Shown: positions 8,308 through 16,810 of the stretch, piece after piece
Layout of the letters: every line of letters starts with the position of its first letter
Numbering within the stretch: position 1 is the stretch's first letter
Assembly (NCBI GenBank): GCA_038830105.1
Contig: JAWBLQ010000001.1
Coordinates: 1 to 33,124 of the forward strand
Direction of reading: 5' to 3'
From: Zestosphaera sp.
GTDB lineage: Archaea; Thermoproteota; Thermoprotei_A; Sulfolobales; NBVN01
Length of the DNA: 33,124 nucleotides
Notes under the pieces: generated by a model
Told to the model about the DNA's origin: nothing
The model's database searches: none
What the model saw: the letters and a program-made list of their open reading frames with translations, nothing else
Position numbers and translations under genes: made by a program

Positions 8308-8986
8308 GAGGCTGACGGATCTAATCAGGTTTTTCACCTCTCTCTTGTTTAAATCTATCTTCATCCATGGGGACATCGCCGGGAGGCATGTCCCCACAGC
8401 GCTGAACTTAGCCTTACTTACTACTCAGCTACTTATAGCTAGGGGCGGTGTTCACAATATATTAGTGGTGCTTGCTTCAATAACCACTGTTTACGTGATT
8501 CGTGATTCACATAAGGTGGTTAAATATGCTGCCGTCCTGGCTTTAGTCCCGACCGTGTGGTACTTCTTAATGTCTCTGCCGTTCACCCTAAGTATACCGA
8601 GTTCAGGACTCATAGCCTTAAGAGTCTTCACAGTGAGTCTCTCGTTCCTGTGCTTCTTCTACTTCCTAAACCCTGTTGAGATTTCAACTTTGATGAAATG
8701 GTTGGGGTTAAGGAAGGCATCCCTTTACCCAGTCTTCACGTGGAGGGTTGTTCCTCATATAATGCGGGACGCCGAGACTGCCCTACTCATAGGCGAGATG
8801 AAAAGGGTTGAGTCCTGGAGGAGTCTCGCCATCTCCGTAGTCACTACCGAGGAGTACGTATCGCTGTATGAGGAGGGAACATACACTAAACCCTGCTACG
8901 ACCCGTACTTCAGATACGACATCAGGCATTCATTAATCACTGCGGTTATCCTCACGACGTTACTCACATTCCACGCAGTTGCTTAG
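8294..8986 (+). CDS. ECF transporter transmembrane (T) component, CbiQ/EcfT-like
   Basis: Hydrophobic 230-aa protein. It overlaps the ATPase gene by 14 nt, which suggests translational coupling. EcfT-like segment FLNPVEISTLMKWLGL. The call rests on position in the S-A-A'-T order. Confidence 0.6.
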   Translation: MSVVKRLTDLIRFFTSLLFKSIFIHGDIAGRHVPTALNLALLTTQLLIARGGVHNILVVLASITTVYVIRDSHKVVKYAAVLALVPTVWYFLMSLPFTLSIPSSGLIALRVFTVSLSFLCFFYFLNPVEISTLMKWLGLRKASLYPVFTWRVVPHIMRDAETALLIGEMKRVESWRSLAISVVTTEEYVSLYEEGTYTKPCYDPYFRYDIRHSLITAVILTTLLTFHAVA

Positions 8987-9046
8987 ACTTCGACATCGTG
9001 CACTGATTTAAATACTTTTAACTAACTTCTGTTTGGTGGTTTAACG

Positions 9047-9436
9047 ATGTCCTTCACCCCGGGCATGAGGTATGTGAGGAGTTACGTCACGACTTCTCAA
9101 CATTCAGCGAAGCACCTGGGCTCCGGCTCTCTGGAGGTGCTCTCCACTCCGTCAATGATTCTCTTCATGGAGGACACTTGCCGTGCCTTCACTGAAGGAT
9201 ACCTCTCCGAGAACCAGGCAACCGTGGGGACTCACGTGGACGTGTATCACGTGAGGCCGGCGCTCATAGGTAGTGAGGTAGAGATACGCTCAACGCTGGT
9301 GCAGGTTGACGGGAGGAAGCTGGTCTTCTGGGTGGAGGCATGGAGTGCAGGTGAATTAATAGGATACGGCATGCATGAGAGGGCAGTGGTTGATAAAGAG
9401 AAATTCATGTCAAGACTCAAGAGCTCAAGCCAGTGA
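9047..9436 (+). CDS. Hotdog-fold thioesterase (FlK/COG5496-like)
   Basis: 129 aa. HLGSGSLEVLSTPSMILFMEDTC and VGTHVDVYHVRPALIGSEVEI resemble the small predicted-thioesterase family. TATA-like atttaaata lies about 30 nt upstream. Confidence 0.6.
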   Translation: MSFTPGMRYVRSYVTTSQHSAKHLGSGSLEVLSTPSMILFMEDTCRAFTEGYLSENQATVGTHVDVYHVRPALIGSEVEIRSTLVQVDGRKLVFWVEAWSAGELIGYGMHERAVVDKEKFMSRLKSSSQ

Positions 9437-9513
9437 GACACACGTGTAGCGGACCACTTCTTTTACCTCAACGCTAAGCACCATCTTGGCTATGCTTAAT
9501 AAGTTGCTTAAGC

Positions 9514-10554
9514 TTATAACATGTTAGCTCTGAGCACCCTAAGCACGTTCTCGTGAGCTATCTTAACTAGGTCTCTGTCTGATAAACCCTTCTCCTTAAG
9601 CTTCCTCAGAAGCGCCGGTATCTTATCTACGGATTCAAGCCCCTCTGGCGTGGGCAGTCCTAGCAACCCTAGGAAGTCCGTCCCTACCGCTATCACATCT
9701 GGTCCGAACCTTTCGTATATGTAGATGAAGTGCTGGGCGAGGTCTTCTAATGACGGTCTGGGCTTCTTCGCTATCAAGGGTCCTATGACTGACACGCCCA
9801 TCACTCCGCCGCTCCTGTGAAGGGCCTCAAGAACCTCGTCATCAACGTTCCTCGGAGTGTCCACGATCCCTCTGACGTTTGCGTGACTGATTACCACGGG
9901 CCTCTTGCTCACCTCTATTGCTTCTAGAGCTGTTTTCTTACTCACGTGAGCTAGATCAACTAATATGCCAAGCTTGTTGGCAGTCCTGACTAACTCCTCA
10001 CCCTCTGATGTGAGTCCTACATCCTTCTTAGCGTTGCATCCAGTACCGTACTTATTCATGTAGTTCCAGGTCAATCCAATAGCCCTCAGCCCCAGCTTCT
10101 TCAGGAGGACTAGGTCGTAGGGCTCGTCTAAAACCTCCGCACCCTCTATGTGGAGGATGAAGCAAAGACCGTCACCTCTCAAACACCTCTCAACGTCGTC
10201 AATGCCATCCACCAACCTAACCCCGTACGCCTCCGAGATCTTGTGGTAGATGGATACATGCTCCAATAGCAAGGACTGAGGAACCCTATACCCTACGGCT
10301 GGCAACCACCTGCCGTAAAGCTTCTCAAGAGCCTTAGACTCCTCAGGCCTGAAGGTCTCGATACCTAGGAACATGGAGGCAAAGACGCACCTCACATTAC
10401 CTCTTAAGTACTTAGGGATATCAGCGTCACGACCGGGAATGTCTTCGCCGAAGTCCCCTAGAGGAGCTCCACCACCGTGAATGAGGAAGTAAGCGGATAC
10501 ATCCTCGTGAAGATCTACTACGGGAGCGTTACTGCCATTATAACTCAAGGTCAC
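9514..10554 (-). CDS. Membrane (renal-type) dipeptidase, peptidase family M19
   Basis: VVDLHEDV near the N-terminus, then GLTWNYMNKYG, DLAHVS, ISHANVRG, RNVDDEVLEAL and GTDF, in the order expected for M19. Confidence 0.8.
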   Translation of the reverse strand: MTLSYNGSNAPVVDLHEDVSAYFLIHGGGAPLGDFGEDIPGRDADIPKYLRGNVRCVFASMFLGIETFRPEESKALEKLYGRWLPAVGYRVPQSLLLEHVSIYHKISEAYGVRLVDGIDDVERCLRGDGLCFILHIEGAEVLDEPYDLVLLKKLGLRAIGLTWNYMNKYGTGCNAKKDVGLTSEGEELVRTANKLGILVDLAHVSKKTALEAIEVSKRPVVISHANVRGIVDTPRNVDDEVLEALHRSGGVMGVSVIGPLIAKKPRPSLEDLAQHFIYIYERFGPDVIAVGTDFLGLLGLPTPEGLESVDKIPALLRKLKEKGLSDRDLVKIAHENVLRVLRANML

Positions 10555-10669
10555 ACCCCTATAATACTGTCCTTAGGTAATTTAAGCTCAAACTAACCTC
10601 CATGAAAGCCCTACTCCTACGCTTGGTTTAATTTATTAATTCGTTTAAGGTATCTCTTTAATAAGGTGT

Positions 10670-11764
10670 GTGTTGATGGATGTTGAGACACGGGTTAGGT
10701 TAGCTGTTAGAGGGGCCTCAGAAGTAGTTACTGTGGAGGAGCTCAGGACATTGTTTGAGGGGGGTGGTGGTTCTGGTTACTTAGGTTTCGAGCCTAGCGG
10801 TATTTTTCACGTCGGTTGGTTTGTATGGGCTCTTAAGTTCAGGGATTTGGTTGAGGCTGGTTTAAGGATGAATCTCCTGGCTGCTACCTGGCACGCCTGG
10901 GTTAACGACAAGTTAGGCGGTGACATGAATTTAATCAGGGTTGCGGCCAGGCACGTAGCTACTGTGATGGATTCGCTAGGTATCGAGGGTCGGTATAGGC
11001 TCGTATACGCGGAGGACTTGATGAGCAACCCGAACTACTGGGCTACCTTACTCAGGGTCGCTAAGTCCGCTAGTCTAGCCAGGGTTAAGAGGGCGTTAAC
11101 GATACTTGGTAGAAGGGCTGACGAGGGTGAGTCAGACTTCTCCAAGCTCATGTACCCTCTCATGCAGGTTACAGACATATTCGAGTTAGGCGTGGATGTC
11201 GCGTTAGGCGGCACTGACCAGAGGAAGGCACACATGCTACAGAGAGATGTCGCCGATAAGCTTGAGAGGCGTAAGGTGATAGCTATACACACCCCATTAA
11301 TACCATCACTCCAGGGGCCTGGGAGAATGGATCTAGGAACCCTTAGCGACGAGGCCCTTGAGGAGGCCATGATGGAGTTCAAGATGAGTAAATCGAGACC
11401 TGAGTCAGCGATCTTCGTGACAGACCCGGATGAGGTGATCGTAGATAAAGTGCTTAAGGCCTACTGCCCGCCAAGAGTGATCGACGGTAACCCGGTGATA
11501 GAGATCGTTAAACACGTGATTTTCCGGGGGGAGGAGAGGAGATTCACTGTTGAGAGGCCGCAGAAATTCGGCGGCAGTATCGACATATGGAGTCAGGAGG
11601 AATTAATCAAGCAGTACGTCGATGGCGTGATACACCCGCTAGACCTCAAGAAGGCTGTAGCTAGCTATCTCACCGAGTTAATAAAGCCAATCCGCGAGAG
11701 ACTGATGAGCAGTAGGGAGTACAGAGAGGTCATTGACTTAATAACCGCCTCAGTGTCGAGGTAG
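10670..11764 (+). CDS. tyrS: Tyrosyl-tRNA synthetase (archaeal type)
   Basis: GFEPSGIFHVGW (HIGH-region variant), YPLMQVTDI, and KMSKSRP (KMSKS loop). 364 aa, typical of crenarchaeal TyrRS. The listed start is GTG; the first ATG is at 10676. Confidence 0.85.
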   Translation: MLMDVETRVRLAVRGASEVVTVEELRTLFEGGGGSGYLGFEPSGIFHVGWFVWALKFRDLVEAGLRMNLLAATWHAWVNDKLGGDMNLIRVAARHVATVMDSLGIEGRYRLVYAEDLMSNPNYWATLLRVAKSASLARVKRALTILGRRADEGESDFSKLMYPLMQVTDIFELGVDVALGGTDQRKAHMLQRDVADKLERRKVIAIHTPLIPSLQGPGRMDLGTLSDEALEEAMMEFKMSKSRPESAIFVTDPDEVIVDKVLKAYCPPRVIDGNPVIEIVKHVIFRGEERRFTVERPQKFGGSIDIWSQEELIKQYVDGVIHPLDLKKAVASYLTELIKPIRERLMSSREYREVIDLITASVSR

Positions 11765-11774
11765 CTATAACACC

Positions 11775-11855
11775 GTTTCTCGTTTTGGTTTTGTTGTTTT
11801 TCTGGGTTGGTTGAGCCTCTGCCCGGTCACAGAGCCTCACACCACACACCTACAC
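11775..11855. repeat. Copy B of the 81-82 nt repeat
   Basis: Same sequence and orientation as 2769-2850. It starts 11 nt after the tyrS stop and is followed by an A+T-rich islet. Confidence 0.9.
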
Positions 11856-11976
11856 ATCGATCCTAACCCCCCGTCTGCATATGGTAAGCGATAAAACTCA
11901 CAAGACGATTCAAACCATCTCGTAATACCTAGCGAAGTTTGTCAGGGTGTTTGTATTAAGACCGGCTTAACCCTCA

Positions 11977-12330
11977 CTAAGCTTTAATCTGTTGATTCTT
12001 AAGCGGTGGTCTCCTAGCCCTAGCTAGGATATTCGGGGACTCAAGCTCCTCAAGCCTCCTCTCAAGGTTATCCATTTTATCCATCATATCGTTCATAAGC
12101 TTCTCTATAAGATACATCTTCCCTTTAACGTACGTTAACTCACCGTCGTGACTGTTCAGTTTCTGTATGGTTGGGTTTTCAACTTGCAGGTTCCCGTAGA
12201 GCCCTTGCTTTATAAATATCTTGATTAAATCCGTGACTTGAATACCCATACTACTAGCTAACTGACGTAACTCCTCATAGAGCTTGTCAGGCAGCGATAG
12301 ATGCACAGTAGGTATAGTAGTCATCCTCAA
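11977..12330 (-). CDS. Ribbon-helix-helix (CopG/Arc-like) DNA-binding protein with a C-terminal coiled-coil extension
   Basis: N-terminus TVHLSLPDKLYEELRQLASSMGIQVTDLIKIFIKQGL fits a beta-strand plus two helices. The C-terminus (MNDMMDKMDNLERRLEELE) is heptad-like. The listed start is TTG; ATG at 12324 is more likely and has TATATAAA (12351-12358) 27-34 nt upstream. Low G+C. Confidence 0.6.
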   Translation of the reverse strand: MRMTTIPTVHLSLPDKLYEELRQLASSMGIQVTDLIKIFIKQGLYGNLQVENPTIQKLNSHDGELTYVKGKMYLIEKLMNDMMDKMDNLERRLEELESPNILARARRPPLKNQQIKA

Positions 12331-12371
12331 GAGTAATATTGTAAGAGGAGTATATAAAGCTATTCAACATG

Positions 12372-12399
12372 ATGTCTTCCTATTTAAATAGGAAGACAT
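12372..12399. promoter_or_regulatory. Perfect 28-bp palindrome (candidate operator) between the two divergent RHH genes
   Basis: ATGTCTTCCTATTT|AAATAGGAAGACAT, 14+14 nt with no mismatch. The centre TATTTAAATA is itself TATA-like. It lies in the 135-nt spacer between ATG 12324 (minus) and ATG 12460 (plus). Confidence 0.5.
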
Positions 12400-12459
12400 T
12401 TATTGATTGACTGCTGTGTATTGAATACTTCGAGCTAGTAATGATTTAATGGTGGCACG

Positions 12460-12639
12460 ATGAGGATAGTAACGTTTAAGTTAGACGAGATTACTCTTAG
12501 AAGACTAGACGAATTAGCCACTAAACTAGGTATTTCTAGATCCGAGATCATCAGACTGGCTTTGACGAGCTACATATCCAAGGAGAATATAAATCCTAAG
12601 AAGCAGGGAGTTAAGGTAAAACACGTCGTCCTGACATGA
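12460..12639 (+). CDS. Small ribbon-helix-helix (CopG / VapB-antitoxin-like) protein, 59 aa; not in the supplied ORF track
   Basis: My translation: MRIVTFKLDEITLRRLDELATKLGISRSEIIRLALTSYISKENINPKKQGVKVKHVVLT, then TGA at 12637-12639. This is the classic RHH pattern (beta-strand IVTFKL, helix DEITLRRLDELA, helix SRSEIIRLAL). It was presumably left off the supplied track for being short; no listed ORF is under 60 aa. Confidence 0.6.
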   Translation: MRIVTFKLDEITLRRLDELATKLGISRSEIIRLALTSYISKENINPKKQGVKVKHVVLT

Positions 12640-12662
12640 ATGAATGTAGCTGTCTTGTATTC

Positions 12663-13388
12663 TCATTTAATCGAGAAGACGACGACCTTAGTTAAAGCCC
12701 ACTCATCTAACTCGCTTGAGGAGATGACCCACTCCCTACCGACTTTAAGAACCTCGTAATTAACCAGTCTGATGAAGTGGTCGAGCGGTTTCAGAGGGAG
12801 TGTTGAGCCTTCTAACCAGTAATGCATGGGGACCACCGCTTTAGGTGATATCCCAGCAACCAGCTCGAGGACCTCCTCAGGCTCCAAGGTGAATGTACCG
12901 CCTGTGGGGGTGAAGAGCACGTGCGTGCCTCTCAAGATGTTCATAGTTGCTTGACTCGGTACCTCCCCTAAATCACCTACGTGTAGGAACCTCACACCAT
13001 CTACCTCAAGGAGGTACATGAGAACCTTGCCTCTCCTCCTCCCCTTAAACTTATCGTGATAAGCCTCAATTCCAAGAACTCGATGCTTACCGGCCTTAAA
13101 CTCCCCTCTCTGCATCGTGAACACCTTACTCTCCTCGCTCTTCCGAACCAGCTGGTACGCGTTATGATCGAAATGCTCGTGAGTCACTAGAATCACGTCC
13201 GCTCTAGCTTTAGGAGGCGGTAAGCCTACGCTCGCCCCGTCATGAGGGTCTATAACTATCGAGAAACCCTGATCATCGATTAACTCGAAACACGCGTGAC
13301 CATGCCACCTAATCAGAACCATACGTCCTCCCAATCTACACTGTCTCCCGGAAGATATAAATGCTCTTCCCGTGAACAACCTGGTCAC
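12663..13388 (-). CDS. Metallo-beta-lactamase-fold hydrolase (UPF0173 / UlaG-like family)
   Basis: IRWHGHACFEL, IVIDPHDG, VILVTHEHFDHN (HxHxDH motif). The real start is probably Met23 (MVLIRWHGHA, coordinate 13322), because family members begin at that motif. Confidence 0.75.
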   Translation of the reverse strand: MTRLFTGRAFISSGRQCRLGGRMVLIRWHGHACFELIDDQGFSIVIDPHDGASVGLPPPKARADVILVTHEHFDHNAYQLVRKSEESKVFTMQRGEFKAGKHRVLGIEAYHDKFKGRRRGKVLMYLLEVDGVRFLHVGDLGEVPSQATMNILRGTHVLFTPTGGTFTLEPEEVLELVAGISPKAVVPMHYWLEGSTLPLKPLDHFIRLVNYEVLKVGREWVISSSELDEWALTKVVVFSIK

Positions 13389-13414
13389 TAGCTAGCATGC
13401 TGTTCCAAGCCCTC

Positions 13415-14896
13415 TCACGACGTGCTCGCCTTCTTTTTAGTTATTGCGATCCACTGGCTAGGCAGTAATAGCGAGAGGACAGGTATCAACTCAAGCCTCC
13501 CTAACCACATGAGTAAGGCCAACAGGACCCTGCATACGTCGTTTAACTTGAATAAGTCCAGGTAACATGGCCCTACGTTACCTTGAGCAGACGCAACTGC
13601 GGAGAGCGCTTGAAACGGCTCGTAACCGAATGCCGTAAGCACTAACGTGCTTGCCAGTATAATCACGAAGTACGCTGAAATGAACATGAACAGCTTTGGG
13701 ATCTCATCACGATCTAAGACCTGGGACCCTAATTTCACGGGTTTAACGACGCCTGTAGGCAGGAAGAATAATTTGAATTGATTGACCATCACTTTAAGCG
13801 CCGCGACGATCCTGCCGACCTTAATAGCACCGCCAGTTGAACACAGATTACCGCCAATGAACATTAAGATTAGAAGCATGAATTTAGAGAAAGGAGGCCA
13901 TAAGTCGATATTAGTTGTGGTATACCCTGTCGTGGTCATTATGGATATCGACTGAAATATTGTGAGCCTGAAGGCATTCACCACATCGATATGTAGTCTG
14001 TAGATAAGGTCCAACGCCATAAGCGACGTGGAAATAGCGATTATGAGAACCGTCGCCTTGACCTCGTAGTACTTGAAGAAACGCTTAGGGCCACTGGTGT
14101 ATAATATGTAGTGAGCTAGGAAGTTGATAGCGCCTGTGAGCGCGAAGAAAGCAAGGGCCATCTCCACAGCAGGGTTGCGGAACGCAGCCACGCTCTCACT
14201 CCTCGTTGAGAAGCCCCCAGTAGCTAACGCCGTGAACGAGTGCGTTACGGCGTCGAACCAGTCGAGACCTAAGAACATTAACGTCAATACACACGCGGCA
14301 GTGTAACCTAGGTATATAACCCATATAGACTTAACGGTAGCCCATGTAGAGGGCTTTATCCTCGTTTCTCTGGCTTCGGCGACGTATAACCTCCATAAAC
14401 TAATGCTCCCAGTTGGCACTATCATGAATATTAAGAACAACATGATTATCCCAGTGCCACCTAACCACTGAGTTAACGCCCTCCAAAAAAGCACCGATCT
14501 AGGCACTACCTCAATAACGCTGATTAAGGTCATCCCGGTCGTGGTGAATCCAGACATGCTCTCAAAAAACGCGTCAACCCAATTCATCCTAATAGTTAAC
14601 ACGTAAGGTATGGCGCCGAGAAAAGCAACTATAACCCAAGTAATGCCCGAAATGAACGGCGCCTCCACTAACGCTATAGATGAGGGCGCTGGTAGGAACA
14701 GGCTCAGTATAAAGGATACCAAGAACGAGATTAAACTAACAAGCACGAAGACCCTGGCTTCAGCAATCTCCCCGTAAATGAAACCCACTAGAGCCGGTAG
14801 TAACATCGTTAAACTGGCGATACTCACTATCCTAAGCACCAAGCTCATCAGAGCTGTTACGCCTCTTACACCGACGGAACCATGATCATGCGTCAC
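13415..14896 (-). CDS. trkH: TrkH/KtrB-family potassium transporter
   Basis: Highly hydrophobic 493 aa with repeated selectivity-filter-like P-loops: SGFTTTGMT, ATGGFS, TTTGYTT and QGNVGP. No trkA partner is visible in the window. Confidence 0.85.
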   Translation of the reverse strand: MTHDHGSVGVRGVTALMSLVLRIVSIASLTMLLPALVGFIYGEIAEARVFVLVSLISFLVSFILSLFLPAPSSIALVEAPFISGITWVIVAFLGAIPYVLTIRMNWVDAFFESMSGFTTTGMTLISVIEVVPRSVLFWRALTQWLGGTGIIMLFLIFMIVPTGSISLWRLYVAEARETRIKPSTWATVKSIWVIYLGYTAACVLTLMFLGLDWFDAVTHSFTALATGGFSTRSESVAAFRNPAVEMALAFFALTGAINFLAHYILYTSGPKRFFKYYEVKATVLIIAISTSLMALDLIYRLHIDVVNAFRLTIFQSISIMTTTGYTTTNIDLWPPFSKFMLLILMFIGGNLCSTGGAIKVGRIVAALKVMVNQFKLFFLPTGVVKPVKLGSQVLDRDEIPKLFMFISAYFVIILASTLVLTAFGYEPFQALSAVASAQGNVGPCYLDLFKLNDVCRVLLALLMWLGRLELIPVLSLLLPSQWIAITKKKASTS

Positions 14897-15161
14897 GGCT
14901 AATACCTCTCAATCTTAGCTTAAGCTCAAGGCCCCCTAGAGTTCTTGCCTAGGAGTCCCCTCTCAGCCCTCACGAGCGGCACAGATTTGCTGGACATCGA
15001 GTCGAGGAAAACACCCCTCTGAGCCTGCTCAGGGTCATCGACAGCCTTCAGGGCTGTCGAAGCATTGAACATGCTGAACTCCCATCACCAAGAAAACAGC
15101 AAAACTTTTCTTTATAAGCATTTCGAGAGGCTCAGGACTGACATGTTTCATAGATAGAGGC

Positions 15162-15857
15162 TTATAAGCGTTTATTTAGGCCTTTCTTCATGCACATGCT
15201 TTCCACAGGACATGAAGCGCATCTAGGGGTTCTCGCCTTACATACCTCTCGCCCGTGAAGTATGAGTGCGTAGTGAGCTCTAAGTAGCTTGACAGGCGGT
15301 AGTTGCTCCATGACTGTAGCTCTTATTCTCTCGTACCTCTCAGAGCTACTTCCTGTGACCCCGAGTCTGTAGAGAACCCTCCTAATGTGGGTGTCTATAG
15401 GGAACGTTGGTACGTTGCGCACGCTCGCCAGGAACACGTCGACGGTCTTAGGCCCTACGCCGCGTATGGAGAGCAATAACCTCCTTAATTCATCGACATC
15501 CAACTCCATCAGCTCACCCTCCCTCTTTAACCTCGACGCTATGTTCTTGAGAGTCCTTGCCTTCAGTCTGTACATGCCCGCAGGCCTTATCAGGGCCTCT
15601 AACGTACTTGACTTGACCTCCCTTATTTTATCAATAGTCACCCGCCCGCCATAGTAATCCAGGAGGCTCTCAAGGACTCTCCAGGCGTTCCTATCAGTGG
15701 AGTTCTGCGATAGAACCACCCCGATTAGCACTTCGAGAGGGGTTAGCAAGCGTTCTCTGGCCTTAATAGGGATGAGTGACTCACTACTTAAATCCCTTAA
15801 GTAGTGCTTGATCAATACGTCGATCACCAGGTTTAAGTCGACGTTCAACGTGCTCAC
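15162..15857 (-). CDS. nth: Endonuclease III (HhH-GPD DNA glycosylase with a 4Fe-4S cluster loop)
   Basis: HhH motif LLSIRGVGPKTVDVFL, catalytic-region D in PIDTHIRRV, and C-terminal Cys cluster C-x6-C-x2-C-x5-C (CKARTPRCASCPVESMC). Confidence 0.85.
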   Translation of the reverse strand: MSTLNVDLNLVIDVLIKHYLRDLSSESLIPIKARERLLTPLEVLIGVVLSQNSTDRNAWRVLESLLDYYGGRVTIDKIREVKSSTLEALIRPAGMYRLKARTLKNIASRLKREGELMELDVDELRRLLLSIRGVGPKTVDVFLASVRNVPTFPIDTHIRRVLYRLGVTGSSSERYERIRATVMEQLPPVKLLRAHYALILHGREVCKARTPRCASCPVESMCMKKGLNKRL

Positions 15858-15861
15858 CTAA

Positions 15862-16794
15862 CTAATCAGTCGTTCCCGAGATCCGTCTCCTCGCCAGGAT
15901 GAGGTGGTAAAGGATGAGCATGGATGCGATGAGCACCGCTGTCACAGAGATTATCAAGACCCACACGCTGTATGTATCTGTTAACTGCTCCTTAAACACT
16001 ATGTCGTTGAGAATCTCTGTGTTCGCTCTATGCAACTCTAGACACACCGTATCCCTTACGACGTAGGTGGCGTCGCTTACCGCCTGTTGCGTTAGCCTGG
16101 TTACGTTTCCTTTAATAAGGATCCCGTACTTACAGTCGTAGTACGCCGCACCACTACCTCCCTCAGTGATTATGGAGACCTCAAATCCGTTGACGTAGGC
16201 ACTAGCTATTGAGACGCTAAAGCAACTCTGAGTAGTCTTCTCATGAATTAAAGGCACCACTGTTAGAGAGTTGATTAAATCAACGGCTAGACCCCTGTCC
16301 ACGGTTTGGTTGTAGTCAGTTAGTACGTGCTTTATAAGGAAGTCCGTATAGTTTCTGGCAGTCCAGTACATGAAGCCGCCTATGCCGACCCAGTCACTGC
16401 TAGATGCTGAGACTTCAATCATGGATCCGGGGAACCTGTAACCCTCCACGATCACGTGAGACTTGTCAAGAGCCCTAGCCCTCACCATGTACTCCTGCCC
16501 TACGCTGTAGGTCACGAGCCTCCCGCTCAGGTTCGATATGTAGACAGTCCTGACGACCTCGTAGGTGAGCACCAGGTCCCCCTTCGCCACCTCTAGCAGT
16601 CTCTCAAACGCCTGAGACTGCGCAAACGAGGTCGGGAGCAAGCTAGGCGACGCTACGCTGAGGATGAAGAGCAAGGCAAGAATTATTAAAGCAAGCTTAG
16701 TTAACGTAATCACCCACACCACTAAACATAAGGAAAAACAAGCATTAAAAACACAGTCTACGTAATAATCGCTGACCGTAGACGCGCTGAGCAA
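15862..16794 (-). CDS. Hypothetical surface or membrane-anchored protein
   Basis: N-terminal hydrophobic signal or anchor (LALIILALLFILSVASPSLL), a central soluble domain with several N-x-S/T sequons, and a C-terminal TM helix plus basic tail (VWVLIISVTAVLIASMLILYHLILARRR). No recognisable family. It lies 4 nt upstream of nth and 16 nt downstream of the NTase gene. Confidence 0.5.
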   Translation of the reverse strand: MLSASTVSDYYVDCVFNACFSLCLVVWVITLTKLALIILALLFILSVASPSLLPTSFAQSQAFERLLEVAKGDLVLTYEVVRTVYISNLSGRLVTYSVGQEYMVRARALDKSHVIVEGYRFPGSMIEVSASSSDWVGIGGFMYWTARNYTDFLIKHVLTDYNQTVDRGLAVDLINSLTVVPLIHEKTTQSCFSVSIASAYVNGFEVSIITEGGSGAAYYDCKYGILIKGNVTRLTQQAVSDATYVVRDTVCLELHRANTEILNDIVFKEQLTDTYSVWVLIISVTAVLIASMLILYHLILARRRISGTTD

Positions 16795-16810
16795 GTCCTC
16801 GAGCTGAAGA

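Noticed and set aside
2769-11855. The possibility that the two direct repeat copies are attL/attR of a 9-kb integrated element
   Set aside because: The intervening DNA has normal G+C and encodes core functions (asnS, tyrS, ECF transporter, dipeptidase). It has no integrase or other mobile-element genes. Only the short islet beyond copy B looks foreign.
13323-13388. N-terminal extensions in the ORF track (MBL hydrolase 13323-13388; amidohydrolase 23788-23889; ThrC-like 4796-4837)
   Set aside because: The extensions have atypical composition, and family members begin at the internal Met (MVLIRWHGHA, MERVDTVL, MESETQLMCVRCG). They most likely come from taking the longest ORF. I kept the track coordinates in the feature list and noted the likely starts.
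15862-16794. Possible paralogy between the two membrane-anchored unknown proteins (15862-16794 and 29232-30038)
   Set aside because: They share only vague local resemblance (for example LEV..K...V....SN.S..L...YSV) and have opposite anchoring topologies. That is not enough to claim homology without a profile comparison.
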